Below, piece after piece: positions 13,463 through 27,590 of a stretch of DNA of 64,000 nucleotides (within the stretch, counting starts at the first letter, position 1; each line of letters opens with the position of its first letter). Both the position numbers and the translations under genes were made by a program. Origin of the DNA: the human T2T-CHM13v2.0 reference genome, Homo sapiens; NCBI RefSeq assembly GCF_009914755.1, contig NC_060936.1; one strand, given 5' to 3'. The notes beneath the pieces are model-generated. The model was not told the origin of the DNA, did no database searches, and saw nothing but the letters and a program-made list of their open reading frames with translations.

Positions 13463-14469
13463 GGTGGTTGATTAGGTACTTCTCAGCAGATCTTTTTCAT
13501 AGTTTTGCCAGGAAACAAGGCCTTCTTCATTAGCGCAATCGTATTATTCAAGAAATAGCATTGATGAGTAGTCATCAAAAGATTTCCATCTAGCAGGTGA
13601 TGGAGATGAGAAGGAAATGCTCGTCATCATTAGTTATGAAAGAAACAATGTCTGCAGTCCAATACACTGACTAAATCTAGACCCAAGTTTTCTTCCTGTA
13701 AAAATGGATATCATATCTAAAGGTCAAGATCAATTGTGAGGAAATGTGTGAAGGCACTTAGACAAACTGCATTAAGGTAGGCTATTGATCCATAAACTCA
13801 GCTTTTGCTGTTTTTTTCTGAGTAGACATTTACATTTAGATTCTCTTGTCAATTGGTATAAAACCTGTTCTCTTTATAAAGTCTACCCTACTTTTAACCC
13901 CATAGATACTTCAGTAACTTTTAACATTTCAACCTTTAAGAATGAGGCAAAACCCCAAATAAGTCAACATTACAGCTTATTAGCTGTTTCAATAGTTTAG
14001 TGATGAAAGAGTATTAAATACTGTTTAATAAATGGCTTGGTTATATGTAGGTTTCATTTGCATTCTCCATGTTAGTACTTTCCTAACAGGCAAAACTGAG
14101 AGTTATGTGTTCTACACTTTGAAAATAGACAACGTTGTCCATGACTAGGAACTAGATGTTTAAAGCACAGGAATTGCTGATAATTTAGAAGTTTATATCT
14201 TTTCTAAAATGAACTTACACTCATATTTTATAATAAACTTTTCCTGACATGGCCAAAATAATTTGGCTGTATTTTCACCAGCTCAGAGATAACAAAGGAG
14301 GGATTAAAATACTTGTAGATTTATTAATACTAAGTCATTATCATATACAAAAAGGCAACTCCCAGAAGAAATAAAAATCATTTATAAGCCCATGAAAAAT
14401 CATTTATCATTGACCAAAAAAAATCAATGAAACTAAATAAAAGAATAATGTAAAAAGCTTTTTACTTTA

Positions 14470-16530
14470 AGTAATGGCAGGTTAGGTAATTTTGGGATGA
14501 TTCTCAGATAACTCTCCCATTAAGGACAACAGAAAAATAACAAATGCAAATAGCAGCCATTGGTTTATTAATAAAGGATTTCCAGGCTAGTATCCAGGGT
14601 TGTACAGAGAGATCCAGGGAAGGAATCCTGGACTTTGAGGCCCCTCTTCCCTGCAGGCCAATTCCAGAGGAATTAGCTGGAATGCTGAGGTCTGAGAGGT
14701 ACATTGAACATCTGGTGTGACTAGGGAGAAAAGGAATGGTATTTAGGGAGTGGCTGGATGGGGGCCTGATGGACCGACACTATATTTTGGGTCTCCCCAG
14801 GATAGCACCTTAGGGGTAAATGTGAGCCACAAATAGGCAGTCCTTCACAAAGACCTCATCTGAGTTTGAAATCACCCCAACTGCGGAAATAAGATAGAGT
14901 TCATATTAGTTTGCAAGTGCCCATGTGTGACTTACAGCATCACATACAATTTCTCTCTGGAAGAAAAAAAATTCATCCTAGCATTTCAAGCAATTAAGCA
15001 GAAACATAGTCCCCCACAAATAAAAATTAAATAGGCTCATGAACAAACCAAAACACTGTAGATGAAAACCAGCAAAAACCAACACATGATAGAAACATAT
15101 AGGTTAAATCCACAAAGCCTCTGCATATTGTAAGTGCTACCCACAGACTTCAAGACAACTATACATTTATGTTAAGTGAAATAAAAGATGAGACTGAAAA
15201 TTATAGCAGAGGAATGGAAACTATTAAAAAAGCACCTAATGCTATAAAAGTAAGTTTTAGAAGTAAAAACAAAGAAACAAACAAAAGGCAAAATGTAAAA
15301 CTTAGTGGATTAATTTAAGGACAAATTAATCATTGAAGAGACAATTAGTGGACAAGAAGATGCATCAGGGAAAAAAGTCCAGAGTAAACACCAAGAGTCA
15401 ACAGGATTAAAAATAAAGGAGATAAAATAAGAACTGCAGAGGATACAGTTAGAAGGTCTAACATTTAAGAATTTATATTTTTAAAAGCAGAGAAGCAATA
15501 AAATGAGTCAGAAGCAATATTTGAGGAGATAATGGCTGAGGACCTTCCAAAATTGATTAAAGACATCAAGAAAACTGAGGAATTCCTATGAACTCAAGAA
15601 AAAATACTTTTATAAAGGATCCACAGCTGTGTCAATTACAGTAAATGTACTAAAATTCAGAAACAATTAAAAATTTCAAAAGAAATTTGTTTCAAAGAAA
15701 AAGACAGATTACCTTCCTGGGAACAACAAATAGACTTGACATCTGACTTTTCAACATAAACAATGGAAGACAGTAAACAGTGAGATGATATCTTTACATG
15801 GCTGAAAAAAATGCCAATCAAGAACTCTGTAACCAGTGAAAAATATCCTTAAAAATTTTGAAATAAACATATTTTTGACAAATAACAGATAAAAATGTAT
15901 CACAGACCCACAGTAATGAAAAGTGTACTGAAGACAGAAGGAAAAATGATCCCAGGTTTTGGGTTAGAGGTGCAAGAAGCAACAAAGAGTAGAAAGGGTA
16001 AAAATGCGTGTCTATATATCGATGAGTATGGACCATGTAAAACAAAAATGAAAATGACTTGTGGGATTTAAATACATGTAGAATTAAAATACAAGACATA
16101 AACAGCATTTATGTCAGGAGGTGAGTACATGTATATAAACTGTTCTAAGACCCTTTTATGGTCCTAGAAGATACGAAAATTATCAAATTATATTCAACTT
16201 CCATAAATCGAACATGCTTTTTAATGTCTAGGGTAACAATTAAAAATATAGCAATAGAATGTAGAAGGGAATATTAGAAGCAATAGAATTAAGATGGGAA
16301 ACAGAATAATAAAAATTTTGCACTATAAAACAAGGATAAAAAAGAAACGAAACAAAACAGACTAGACAGATAGAAAGCACATAATAAAATAGCAGCATAA
16401 GTTTATATTGGCAAACATATAACCTGTGAACTGACTGAACTGTTCAATTTAAAGATACTGATTTTCACTGTGAGTTAAAGAGAAAAAAACCTATATGCTG
16501 TTTATAAAAATTCATAAAAATGGGAGTGGC
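14470..16530 (+). mobile_element. Old L1M 5'UTR/ORF1-region remnant
   Basis: A-rich, with L1 ORF1-like phrases such as 'gaagcaatatttgaggagataatggctgaggaccttccaaaattg' and 'gacatctgacttttcaacataaacaatggaag'. Confidence 0.8.
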
Positions 16531-17369
16531 CTTTGGGAGATTTTACAGTGCTACTAATATTCGCCACCATTACGTTACATGGGTAAACTTTGTGAATATC
16601 ACTTTGTGATAAGTTAATGGACAATACATTTTTGTTCATACACTTTTTTTTGCATGTTTATGCTATAGCAAAGTATTTTAAGAAAAAATTCTATATAATG
16701 TTAAATTATAAAATTGTCAATGAGTTAAAAAATGGAAAAATGTGCTAAAAATGTGCAAATAATTGTGTACTCTTACACTGAACCACTTGCCCAGTGTTTC
16801 TGGCGTATATTTGATCATACATATTTTCAAAATAAATGTTGACATTTATATATCCTTTGATCTAACAATTATTCCCGGGACTATAATAAGGGATGTGAGT
16901 AATGATATTAGGTTGGAAATTATCAAGAACATTGTATATTTTAGAGAATAATTAGAATAAAATATAATAGGAGATTAGTTAAGTGAACTATGACCTTAGC
17001 ACATAATGGAATATTAGTCATCATTAAAACTATATTGAAAAGTAATTTTAAAAACATAAGAATTTATTCAAAATAAACCATTAAATGAAAAAATTATAAT
17101 AATAACAGCAAAAGGAAAGACTAGTATGGTGTTTATGGTGTGTCAGGCAGTGTTGTTAGCATTTAATATTAACCTTTTAGTCTTCACAACAGTTACATGA
17201 AGCAGGTACTGTCATCTGCATTGAACAGGTGATGACACATGAAGTATGGAGAGGGTGAGCAACCAGACCAAATTTGCCCAACTTTCAGGTGGCACACTGC
17301 TGCCTCTCTGTAAACGAGCATATGCAATAGAGGCCAGTCCCAGTTTCATCAACTATTATTTTTTCTAGA

Positions 17370-18600
17370 TAGATAATATCAAATAAAAACAGATCTAAAC
17401 TTAGGTAGAAAGAGAGTTTACTGAAAATGAGGATTTAAACAAGAACCAGCCAGATGAGGGAGAAATGCATATTGCAATAGGGAGGATCTTCCCATATGAG
17501 ATTTGCAAGCAAATCTCAAAGGCCAGGCAGAAAGGGGACTTTTCTTTTAAAGGGAGGAGAAAACAAGGCTAGAAAAAAAAAGGCTAGGCAGAAAGGGGGC
17601 TTTTCTTTTAGAGCAGTGGTCCCCAACCTTTTTGGCACCAGGGACTGGTTTTATGGAAAACAGTTTTTCCATTGACCAGGGTGGGGGAATGTTTTTGGGA
17701 TGATTTAAGTGCATTACATTTGTTATGCACTTTGATTCTATTATTATTACTTGTAATATAGGATAAAATAGTTATACAACTTCCCATAATGTAGAATCAG
17801 TGGGAGCCCTGCATTTGCTTTCCTGCAACTAGATGGTCCCATCTTGGGGTGATGGAGACAGTGACAGATCATCAGGCATTAGATTCTCATAAGGAGTGCA
17901 AAACCTAGATCCCTCGCAGGTACGCTTCACAATAGGGTTTGCACTATTGTGAGAATCTAATGCTGCTGATGATCTGATAGGAGGTGGAGCTCAGGTGGCA
18001 ATGTGAGCGATGGAAAGAGGCTATAAATACAGATGCAGCTTCCCTCACTCACCTGACAGTCACCTCCTGCTTTGAGACCTGGTTCCTAATAGGCCATGGA
18101 TGGCCAAGGGGTTGGCCCTTGTTTTAGAGGGAGGAGTAAACAAGGCTAGAAATAATTAGGTGTCATGAGGTGGGATGAGTCAGTGGATTGATTGGATGAT
18201 TGATTAGGAATTACTTTTTTCCTGAGGTCAGCTGAGTTTCAGGAGGGGTTATTAGAAGGGGTTGTTCTGAGTTCTAATGCTTAAAGGTGAGCCAAAATTT
18301 GTGACCCTGGGGAAGGAGAAAAACCCGACTAAAGTTTCATCAAGTCAAATTAGTCGAAGTTTTATCCAGACTGGTTGGTGGGGTCAAAGGACTTGGCTAA
18401 TCATTTGCCAGACAATGAATAGGAATTTGGAGGATCTATGTCTGTCCTTGTCATGGGGAAAAAGAGGGTCATTTGTAAATTTTATCTAAGTCATATGGGG
18501 AAGGGTCATTCTTTGCAGTAAACTCTAGGGGTGGGGGGATTTTTTTTGACCATTGCTGTTTCCAAGAACATTTCCAATGTCCATGCAGTAAGACACATAT
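17370..18600 (-). mobile_element. Probable ERV1-class LTR, interrupted by MER1A
   Basis: LTR-like text with ccaat-type motifs continues on both sides of the MER1A TSD; boundaries uncertain. Confidence 0.5.
17614..18121. mobile_element. MER1A hAT-Charlie DNA transposon
   Basis: Starts 'cagtggtccccaacctttttggcaccagggactgg'; perfect 8-bp TSD 'ttttagag' at 17606-17613 and 18122-18129. Confidence 0.9.
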
Positions 18601-18722
18601 GTACATGGGATTGCAGACCATGATAGGCAAAAAAGAAAATTGTAAGATTAAGGGTGATGGAATTACAGATTATTTTTCCTTTCTTTCTTTTTTTGTGCAT
18701 GTATAGTTCTCTGTGTGTGTAT

Positions 18723-18724
<2 letters not shown>

Positions 18725-18769
<45 letters not shown>

Positions 18770-18878
18770 ATCTATCATCTATCTCTCTCTCTATCATCTA
18801 TCATCTATCCTATCTATCTTCTATTCTCTCTCTCTCACTCTCTCTTTCTTTCTCTCTCTCTCTCTGTCTCTCTGTCTT
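18725..18878. repeat. (TCTA)n microsatellite followed by a degenerate (TC)n tract
   Basis: About 11 perfect TATC units, then degenerate units. Confidence 0.95.
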
Positions 18879-19819
18879 TACCATCAGTCTATTTTAGGCT
18901 GTTGTATTATCAAATGAGAAAACAAATGTAATGAGGAACACAATGATCAGCACATAATAAGTAGGCAAATGTTACTTCTGGCATCATCATGTCCATAAAA
19001 TTAAAAGAATGTGAAAAAGTCTTTTTTTCAAAGAAAAAAAGAGAAAAATCAATATCCTGTAGACCTTTTTATTTCTAACAGAGTTTCCTCTTAAGAGAAA
19101 AGCAAAGCCCAGACCCTGAGTACTCCTTCTCTATCCTGATGACTGTGAAGGCATTTGCAATAAATCTCCTCTTGGACATTAGGTGCACATCTGAGGAAAG
19201 GCAGTGGAAGACAGGAACGTATTCCCATGACTATTGTCATAACTTGGCTAGGAAAGGTTCTTTACACTGGCAGATGCAGGCTTGTCTCTGACAGAGCCCT
19301 GGTATTTTCTTCCATCCTGGGGCCCTTGGGGAAGCCTTGGCTGTGTCATGGCACCATCTGGCCACCTGTGGATCTTTTGAGTGTGCTTTGGAGATTGCTG
19401 CCAGTGGTCTTTCTGTTCTGGCTGGCATTCCTGGAAGTATTTCAAGTGCTGGTTTTAGGAGCCCACATTCTGAAATGCCCATCTCAGGGTTTTGTTTTCT
19501 TTCATTTTGTTCTAAATATTGGAAGGAAAATATATCAAAGGTTGCTTGGTTTTGCAGTTCTCACCGGGGAGTTGAGTCTGGTAATTCAGTGCTTTGTTCA
19601 GAAGCCCAGGAATGTGAATTCTAGGGAAAATCTTGACACATATTAAGGAAGCTAAAGAGAATATTGTTCTTGGTCATTTCACTTCAAGCTGATGTTACCC
19701 AGCTGGCCACCTGGGACGGTGTCTTTACTTGGGCTTGAGTAAGTTCATAGCACAACTGGAAATGATGATCCAGGAGCTATCACTGAAACCAAATGGGGAG
19801 TAAGAAAGGCATATGAGCC

Positions 19820-20000
19820 TGGACTTTGGAGCCAGTCAAATAATCCTGAGTTTATTCAAGTTAAATAATGTCTCTGTGCCTCAGTTTCCTTATCTGTAAA
19901 ATGGGTTTATTAATCTGCACCTACCACATGGGGCTTCGGTAAGGATTAAATGAATTATGACATGCGAAATGTTAGGAGAGTCTACTGCCTGCAGTAAGTT
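19820..20000 (+). mobile_element. MIR
   Basis: 'ctctgtgcctcagtttccttatctgtaaaatggg' MIR core. Confidence 0.8.
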
Positions 20001-20885
20001 CGTATTATATGATGATCACTATTAAACCTAAGCATGTGAACAAATGGCCCCCAGTCAAGTAATTTTAAACAGTGTTATTTGTGTACAATATCACATGTAT
20101 CTCATAGGTATACCCAAAACTTCCAGAGTGGTCACCAGTGCCTGTTTCTCTTCAGTATTTTTGTCTGTTTTTAATCCCACCCTAGACTCCTGAGCATACA
20201 TGCAGACTAAAGTTCGCTTTTAAAACATAACAAATGTGAGAGATATCTTCCTGTTTTTATTTTTTAAATGGAGGAGTCTTTGATGGTGTAGCAAAGTATT
20301 TTATCATTCCTACTAATTTGAAAATGAGGCTGTATAACCCACTCTGATTGTATCTAAATTATTGCTGCTCCTGCCTCATTTCAGTGTCTGGAAAAGAGAA
20401 AATTGGATGCTGCCCACTAATAGCATGTTAACAAGGGCAGATTAGATGTAGCAAGAGGGGTTCTTTTAGTAGACTAATTGAAAGTATCACTTGGTGATTG
20501 GAGGACATTGGCTTGTGACTTTGAGTAAGCACTTCTCACAATTAATAGTGACTAATGAAAACTAAATAGTACAATAAATCATATCACTGATAGTGTAAGG
20601 GGAAAAGTCATTGGCCTGAACAACCCTCATTTAAGAACTTGGAAGCAGCACCAATAACAATTTTATAGGTGAAGACAGTAAAGCATAAGGGTTAAAGCTT
20701 TTATGGTGTAGCCAAACTGCCTCAGGTCATATATCAACTTTGTCATTTATGAGCTGCATGACCTTGGGCAAGTTACTTAATCTCAATGGGCTTCGTGTCC
20801 CTCACGTATAATCGGTGGTTTATAATAATAGCACCGAATTCATATGACCACGCATATGTTGCCTATTAATATTGTTAGGGAAGGT

Positions 20886-21380
20886 GTATCAGTCAGAAGG
20901 GCAGAAAACAAGTAGCACATTCAAAGACAGTAAATGGAGTGAGTTAATATAGGGAATACTCACATAGGGGTGGACAAAATTAAGGGAACCAGTGAGAGGG
21001 GGCAAAACACATGGGAACTTCTCCAGTGGAGCTGTCTTCACATGCAGGCTGGAAGGGCAGAAGTGGGCGAGATTGTCACACCCCATAAGAGTGGTGGCCA
21101 TGAGAAAATGGCTATCCAGTGGTACTGTGGGCCTCCCCAGATGAACAGACTTCACAAAACCATGACCAGCAGTGAGGGAGTAAGCAAAATAAATTCCCTG
21201 ATCTCTCTGTGCTCTTGTCCTCCACAATTCTGCTGGTGTCTCCATTGACTAAACCTCATCAGAAGTCGAGAGAAAGGGAAGCCAGGTGATGCTGTACAAA
21301 GAAGTCAGTCTTCAGAGCACAGAGGAGGGCGGGGAAGGGTGAAAAGTGCGTCTGGAGGGAGAGGTAGGAACTATCTAACC
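20886..21380. mobile_element. Probable old ERVL/MaLR-type LTR
   Basis: 'tgtatcagtcag...ctgctggtgtctccattgactaaacc...ggaagccaggtgatg' resembles old LTRs; family unresolved. Confidence 0.45.
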
Positions 21381-21761
21381 CAGAGGACAATGGTCTTCAT
21401 GAATTCAGCTATAATGGGCATGCAATCAACACAAATAAATAAGAGGAAAAATTGCCAATATAGTTGCACACTCTTTTCTAAGTATTTCTCAATGGATGAA
21501 AATAGCTTGCACAATCCCTTCCTTGCTTCATAGGGGACAGTTTCCTATAGTTTAGCTAAAAGCAGAAACGGTGACAATTCTATCAAGAACAACATGAGCA
21601 GAAACAGAAACAGCAACTAGCATTTCTGTAATGCTTTATCATTTACAAATGCTGTAGTCTATTAAATCACAATTGAACCTCATCATAACAATGTTTTAGT
21701 TAGATATTTAGAAACATTTATAAACGAAGAAATGGAAGCGTGGAGAGCTTACTTGGCTAAC

Positions 21762-22060
21762 TGGAAGACATTATGTTAGGCAGAATAAGCCGGAAACAGA
21801 AAGTTAAATACAGCATGTTCTCACTCATACGTGGTAGCTAAAATAAAAGTTTATTTCAAAGAGGTAAGAAGTAGAACAGAGAATAGCAGAAGCTGGAAAG
21901 ACTAGGTGAAGCGAGGGATAGAGAAAGATTCATTAAAGGGTACAAAATTACCCAGATATGATTACTATACATTATATGTATTGAACATCACCATGTATCC
22001 CATGAATAAGTACAATTATGATGTGTCAATTAAAAATAACAGATAAAAATTTCAAAAAGA
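21762..22060 (+). mobile_element. L1MA 3' end fragment
   Basis: 'ctggaagacattatgttagg...gcatgttctcactcatacgtgg...tatgatgtgtcaattaaaaat'. Confidence 0.85.
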
Positions 22061-22428
22061 AATGAAATAACATTAGATCCAATTTTAAAAAAGGCTACAG
22101 TGTATTTTTTTAAAAAATGAGGTAACATTCATGTAACATAAAATTAACTATATTAAAGTAAACAGTTCAATGGCATTAAGCAGATTCACAATAGAGTACA
22201 ACCACGTTGTAAATCTACACCCTTCTCAGTCTTAATTCCTGAGGGTTTTAAGATACTGTGAGATATTGTCTCACAACAAATCTTGTCATCACAGTCTTCA
22301 TATATTCTGTTTGTTCCCAAAACATCATAATGAGATATAAGTTTTAAAGTAATCAACCAACCTGAATATCTTGCTGAAATAAAATTGTTGGCTGAAAAAT
22401 TCTAGAAGTGTTTATGAGAGAAAAGTGA

Positions 22429-22743
<315 letters not shown>

Positions 22744-25419
22744 TAATTTCTAATTTACACATCCCTACATCCAATGTGTTTCCTCAGAATTGCCTTTAAT
22801 GTGAAACTAAGGTAGGTGAGAAGAAACCTTTGCAGAAGTTCAATAAAAATGGGCCATATGTGTTCTCTCTTATATTCTCATATGCTTCCTCTCCTAAAAT
22901 TGAGAAAAAGGGTAATATTTCTCTGTACCCATATAGTTTGTTTTATATTAGTTTTTGATGCTAAAAATCACTTCCATTTCTGAGAAAATGGCTTCAGAGT
23001 TTATACATTTCTCGCCTTTCTTAAAATTGAATATCAATTACTTTCTCTTAAAAGGTTTCAGAATCTATTAATGGGAAGTAGTCATCAACCTTTAATGGAA
23101 TACTGTCATCCCTTAAATGCAGCTTTCGGTTTTCTGAGTTTGAATGAAAATGATCACATAATCCATAACTTATCTCTACTATAAAATGCTGTAGACCAAT
23201 AGTAAAATTACATATTATCATATAATTGATATTCAGATAAGATACATTGGATGAATCCTTGGCCAAAATGAATATTGTGTAACTCCACTCATTGTTTCCA
23301 AATCCACCACCATTTTGGACTTAATTAACTAATTATACAAGTTATTTAGTGAGTGATTGACCTATTGATTAAACAGCTGAATGAAGAGAATACCAATACC
23401 CTATTTATCTTTAGTAACGGAATAAATTTATGACTCATAAATGTACAAAAAAAGGACTTGCTTGTACAAAAAAAGGACTCAGAAGATTTAGCTCTGGGGT
23501 TAGTGATTTTATTTTCTTCTATATCAACATTGCAGATAATGTAAGATGTTCTTAACAACAGATCATGGACAAATGAACAAATAAAAGAGGACCATTTAAA
23601 TTGGAAGGATGTGTATAACTTGTGTAATTAGACAATTTAGCCAAAAATGGTTGCGGATTTGGGTACAAACAATTTGTCAGGATAATAATGAAAGGAGCAA
23701 GAAGTGGTCAAAGCGTATGCACTGGCAACAGTTTAAAAATATCAGATGTGATATGTTTCACTTCACTCTAAAATAGGGCTCAGAATTGTGGTTCAAAGAT
23801 CACAAGCCTGAATGTCCGAAGACAACAAAACAATGCTGACTTTACCCTCATAAATTATTTTCATAAGACATTGATGGTGTTCACTCAGCAAATAGTTATT
23901 GAATACCTGTGGTATGTCAGGAACTATAAAATAGGTTATTTAGGATGTGATGATGAACCACTCACTGAGAGTGATCTCGAAAACACAAAATGAAAATCAA
24001 GCAAAGGAAATCCAACTTAGAGAACGATGTAGGTTCAAGAGGTGAAGATGATGTAAACTTGGCAAAGTAATGCTCAGAGTTATTGTGTCTCAGGTCTGGG
24101 GTCAGACAAACCTGGTCTTGAATCCCAGAGCACCCATCTGGTAATAACTCCTTATTTATTTCATAAAAAAAAAATGGGTGCTCAAGTTTTTCTCTATGTG
24201 TGTGTAATTGTCTATGTCTCTTTTTAGTTCTCAGTTTTGCTTCATATATATTTCAGGCTACATCATTAGATGCTCTCACATTTAGAATTGGCAAACTCCT
24301 ACTCCACATTTTTTGCCTTCTCAGCACCTTGAGAGCGCTTTGAACTTTGATCTACTTTTTAGCATCTTTCTGTTTAGATGCACAGCACTCTCCCCTGTGT
24401 GGTTTAAGAACCTGGCAATGTTTTGAGAACAAAGTTGGAGGGTAGTGTTTACTTCTCAGTACCTCCTTGCTCTTCGAGATTATGGCCCCTCAAGTGTTGG
24501 CTTCCTTGGCAGCTGTGAACCCAATATTTGTCTTTCCATCCATGTGGAATTCCTAAAAGCCCTGCTGGATTCTTACGATATTTAATTCAAAACACTCTGG
24601 AAACACATGCCTCATAAAACCAAAGGCAACTTGGCAGATGCATCGCCGAGCGGGGATGCCAGAAGAACAAGTGTGATCGCCAATTTCGGGCAACTGAAAC
24701 AGCATCAGAATTCTAGATCATTGCACCAATCTAACAGTTTTTGTTAAAAAGCCATCTCTTTCTTTCATTCTTGAGCCTTCATGCCATATTCTGCCATAAA
24801 TTAAGAAGATGGGAAATATGTTATCTGGATAATAAAAACCCAGGTCAGATAGACAGTGTTCTAGTGTGTGGCCGAAAATTATCCATTTACTACTCTGAGT
24901 GATGAAGTTTAGGTGAACAAAGGGGCTTGGGAATGTTTACCCTGCACAGAATTAGGGGAGAGAGTAAAAGATGGAAATAGGAAAGAATTTAGTCCAATCA
25001 TTCCCTATTATCTGATTTAAATAGTTTCAAATTATCAACACACTGCTTTCCACTGCTGAATTATGATTTCTCTGTACACACCTGCCTCTCTGTCACTAAA
25101 TTATCTTTTTATTAATTGTCAGGAAACTGTTGACTTTTGTTTAACTTACCTCCTCCAGAATGCCCATTCTGCACAGAAACTCACCAAGAGAAGGGCATTT
25201 ACAAGACAAGGACCACCAATCACGTCTCCCAGTATCTTTTATTGTTCTGAGATATTTGGGGAGCTAAATGGTTTTTAAAATACAGGTTTGTCATGTGTAA
25301 GAGTGCGAATGACTCTGGGATATTAGACAAAAAAACCTGACTAGTTTTGAGAAAGGACTCAAGTGCTTCTTCTTCCAGTGGGAATGGCTTTATTTATTTA
25401 TTTTGAGACAGAGTCTCCC

Positions 25420-25880
25420 TCAAAATTAGTAGATTTCTGTGACTCATTCACTGTGCCTCAGGTTCCTATCTACACGACAAGGATAATAGTAATACCTGTT
25501 GCCTAGGATTGTTGGAAGTATTTAATGAGATAGTGCTTGCGGAGCTCAGTGCTTGGCACACTCCTGACTGGCCTTTCTCTTTCGTGATTATGTCAAGGTA
25601 AGGACAGCTTCAGAAATTTTGCATTTCTCATTCCCTCTGCTTGGAATTCTCTTCTTTTAGTCTTTGCACAGCTATTTCCAAGTTTTATGATTGTAACAGC
25701 ACTTACAAGCATCTAAACTATTGTTTATATATTAGTTTTCTTGTCTTCTCTCACTAGAATGCACCTGCCTGAGGGTGGGGACCATATCTGTTTTGTTCAC
25801 CTCAACAATCCCGGTATCTGCAAGAGTGCTGACACATAGGAGCTTCTCAAAAACAATTCGTAAATGAGTGAGTGAGCAAG
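25420..25880 (+). mobile_element. MIR fragment followed by an L2 3' end
   Basis: MIR-like core ~25450; L2 tail 'cactagaatg...gggaccatatctgttttgttcac...aaatgagtgagtga'. Confidence 0.65.
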
Positions 25881-26049
25881 TGAATGAATAATTATTTTTA
25901 TGAGGGTGGGGAATTTTTGTAGTCATGATGGTTCCAACAAAAATAAAAATGAGAAAATTATATCAAATAGCATTTTTCGGAGTAATTTTTCTTCCTCTCC
26001 CATACACCTCTTGAGAAAGTCTCCTTCTAGTCTATATTCTTTGACCATT

Positions 26050-26336
26050 TTTTAGATAGGGTCTCACTCTGAAGCCCAGGCTGAGTGTGTGATGTGATCA
26101 CAGCTCACTGCAGCTTTGACCTCCTGGGCTCAAGCGATCCTCCCACTTCAGCTCCCTGAGTAGCTAGGACTACTGGTGTGTGCCACTATGCCAGGCTAAT
26201 TTTTTAAAATTTATTTGGTAGAGACAGGGTCTTTCTATGTTGCCCAGGCTGGCCTCGAACTCCTACACTTAAGCAATCCTCCCTCCTTGGCCTCCCAAGG
26301 TGTTGGGATTAGAGGCATGAGGCACTGCATCCAGCC
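26050..26336 (-). mobile_element. AluJ
   Basis: 'cactgcagctttgacctcctgggctcaagcgatcctccc' AluJ diagnostics. Confidence 0.9.
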
Positions 26337-26419
26337 TCTCCTACATTTTTGAAGTTTTGGCTAGTCTCCACTTTTTATATTAGTCCACAAGACATTGTCA
26401 AATCTTTTTTTTTAGATTA

Positions 26420-26610
26420 ATAGACTATATTTTTAGAGCACTTTTAAGTTCACAGAAAAAAATGAATGGAAAGTATGGAGAATTCTCATCTACCCCCTGT
26501 ACCCACACACATGCAACCACCCCAATTTCAACATCCCTTACCAGAGTGGGACATTTGATACAGTCAATGAACCTACATCAGCACATCATTATCACCCAAA
26601 GTCCAAGGTT
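26420..26610 (-). mobile_element. L1M 3'UTR fragment
   Basis: 'tagactatatttttagagcacttttaagttcacag...cacatcattatcacccaaagtcc'. Confidence 0.75.
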
Positions 26611-27590
26611 TTTTGTTTTGTTTTGTTTTGTTTTTCTGCTAAGTGTTCACCCTGGCTCCTTAAGGGGAAGTTCATCAATTAAATTATCTTTACCTGGTTC
26701 TGCACTTATATGGTCACTGTGAGAAGGGGTAGGAGAGAATGCCTCAGTGGAAAACGTAAGAAAGGGCTCTCATTCATGTGACCGGACTTCATGAAGACTT
26801 GGAAAAGGGCTATTAGACACTGCAATTTTGTGCTTCCATTCCAAATTCTGGTTCCTAGAATTCAAGAACAAAGGCATTCTCTAGGTAGCAAGTTAGTTGC
26901 CTGGGAGAGCCATGTTGTTTGTTGCTCAACGAAAGAAAAGAAATTGCCCAAAATCCAAGTTGACAAGATAATGCCATTTACAAATGGTGCACAAAACCCG
27001 CAGAGATCATCAACTTAGGGCACCAAGATTTACACTTTAATCATCAGCAATTTATCTTACTGGTATGTGAATAATATGCTTCTGCTTATTTTAATCTTCA
27101 TCTCACACCGAAATCTACCTGGTGATTCTAACAGGACTTCTCGGTAAATGAAGGGAAATAAGAAAAAGCTCTTCTGTCACCCCAAGTTTCCTTTGATCAC
27201 CGTCTCACTTTCATCATATTGTTTGGCTCTACTCCAAGATTCATACCAGATTTACAACAAATTGCTCAATACAAGGAGCCCCTCATTAATATCTGGGAAC
27301 AGTGTGGAGTGTTGATGGTAGTTTCTAAACTCTCATGATCTGGGGGAATCCTGAACTCAGTCAGTCGTTATAACTGAGGGAGAAAAATCACTGAGGTCTA
27401 TTCGAAGGGAATCTTACAAATAGTGTCTATATTTTATTAAGTACTCTAATTGAATATTGCTTTTCTGCCAGAGACTTAGGTATGGAGAGTGCAGTGACTT
27501 GTGCATTAATATTATGATTAGGCAATCATGGCAGGGGTGGGTGAAACCATCCGCTGTGATGCTCTCTCATTAGGAGGATGAGAGACCCTG

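Noticed and set aside
13455-13472. CTCF-like site CCACTAGGTGGTTG
   Set aside because: The 5' core matches but the 3' GGC(A/G) positions do not; better explained by the local inverted repeat unless ChIP data show binding.
24640-24692. Small CpG cluster, possible exon
   Set aside because: Only about 5 CpGs, with no convincing splice-site pair or ORF.
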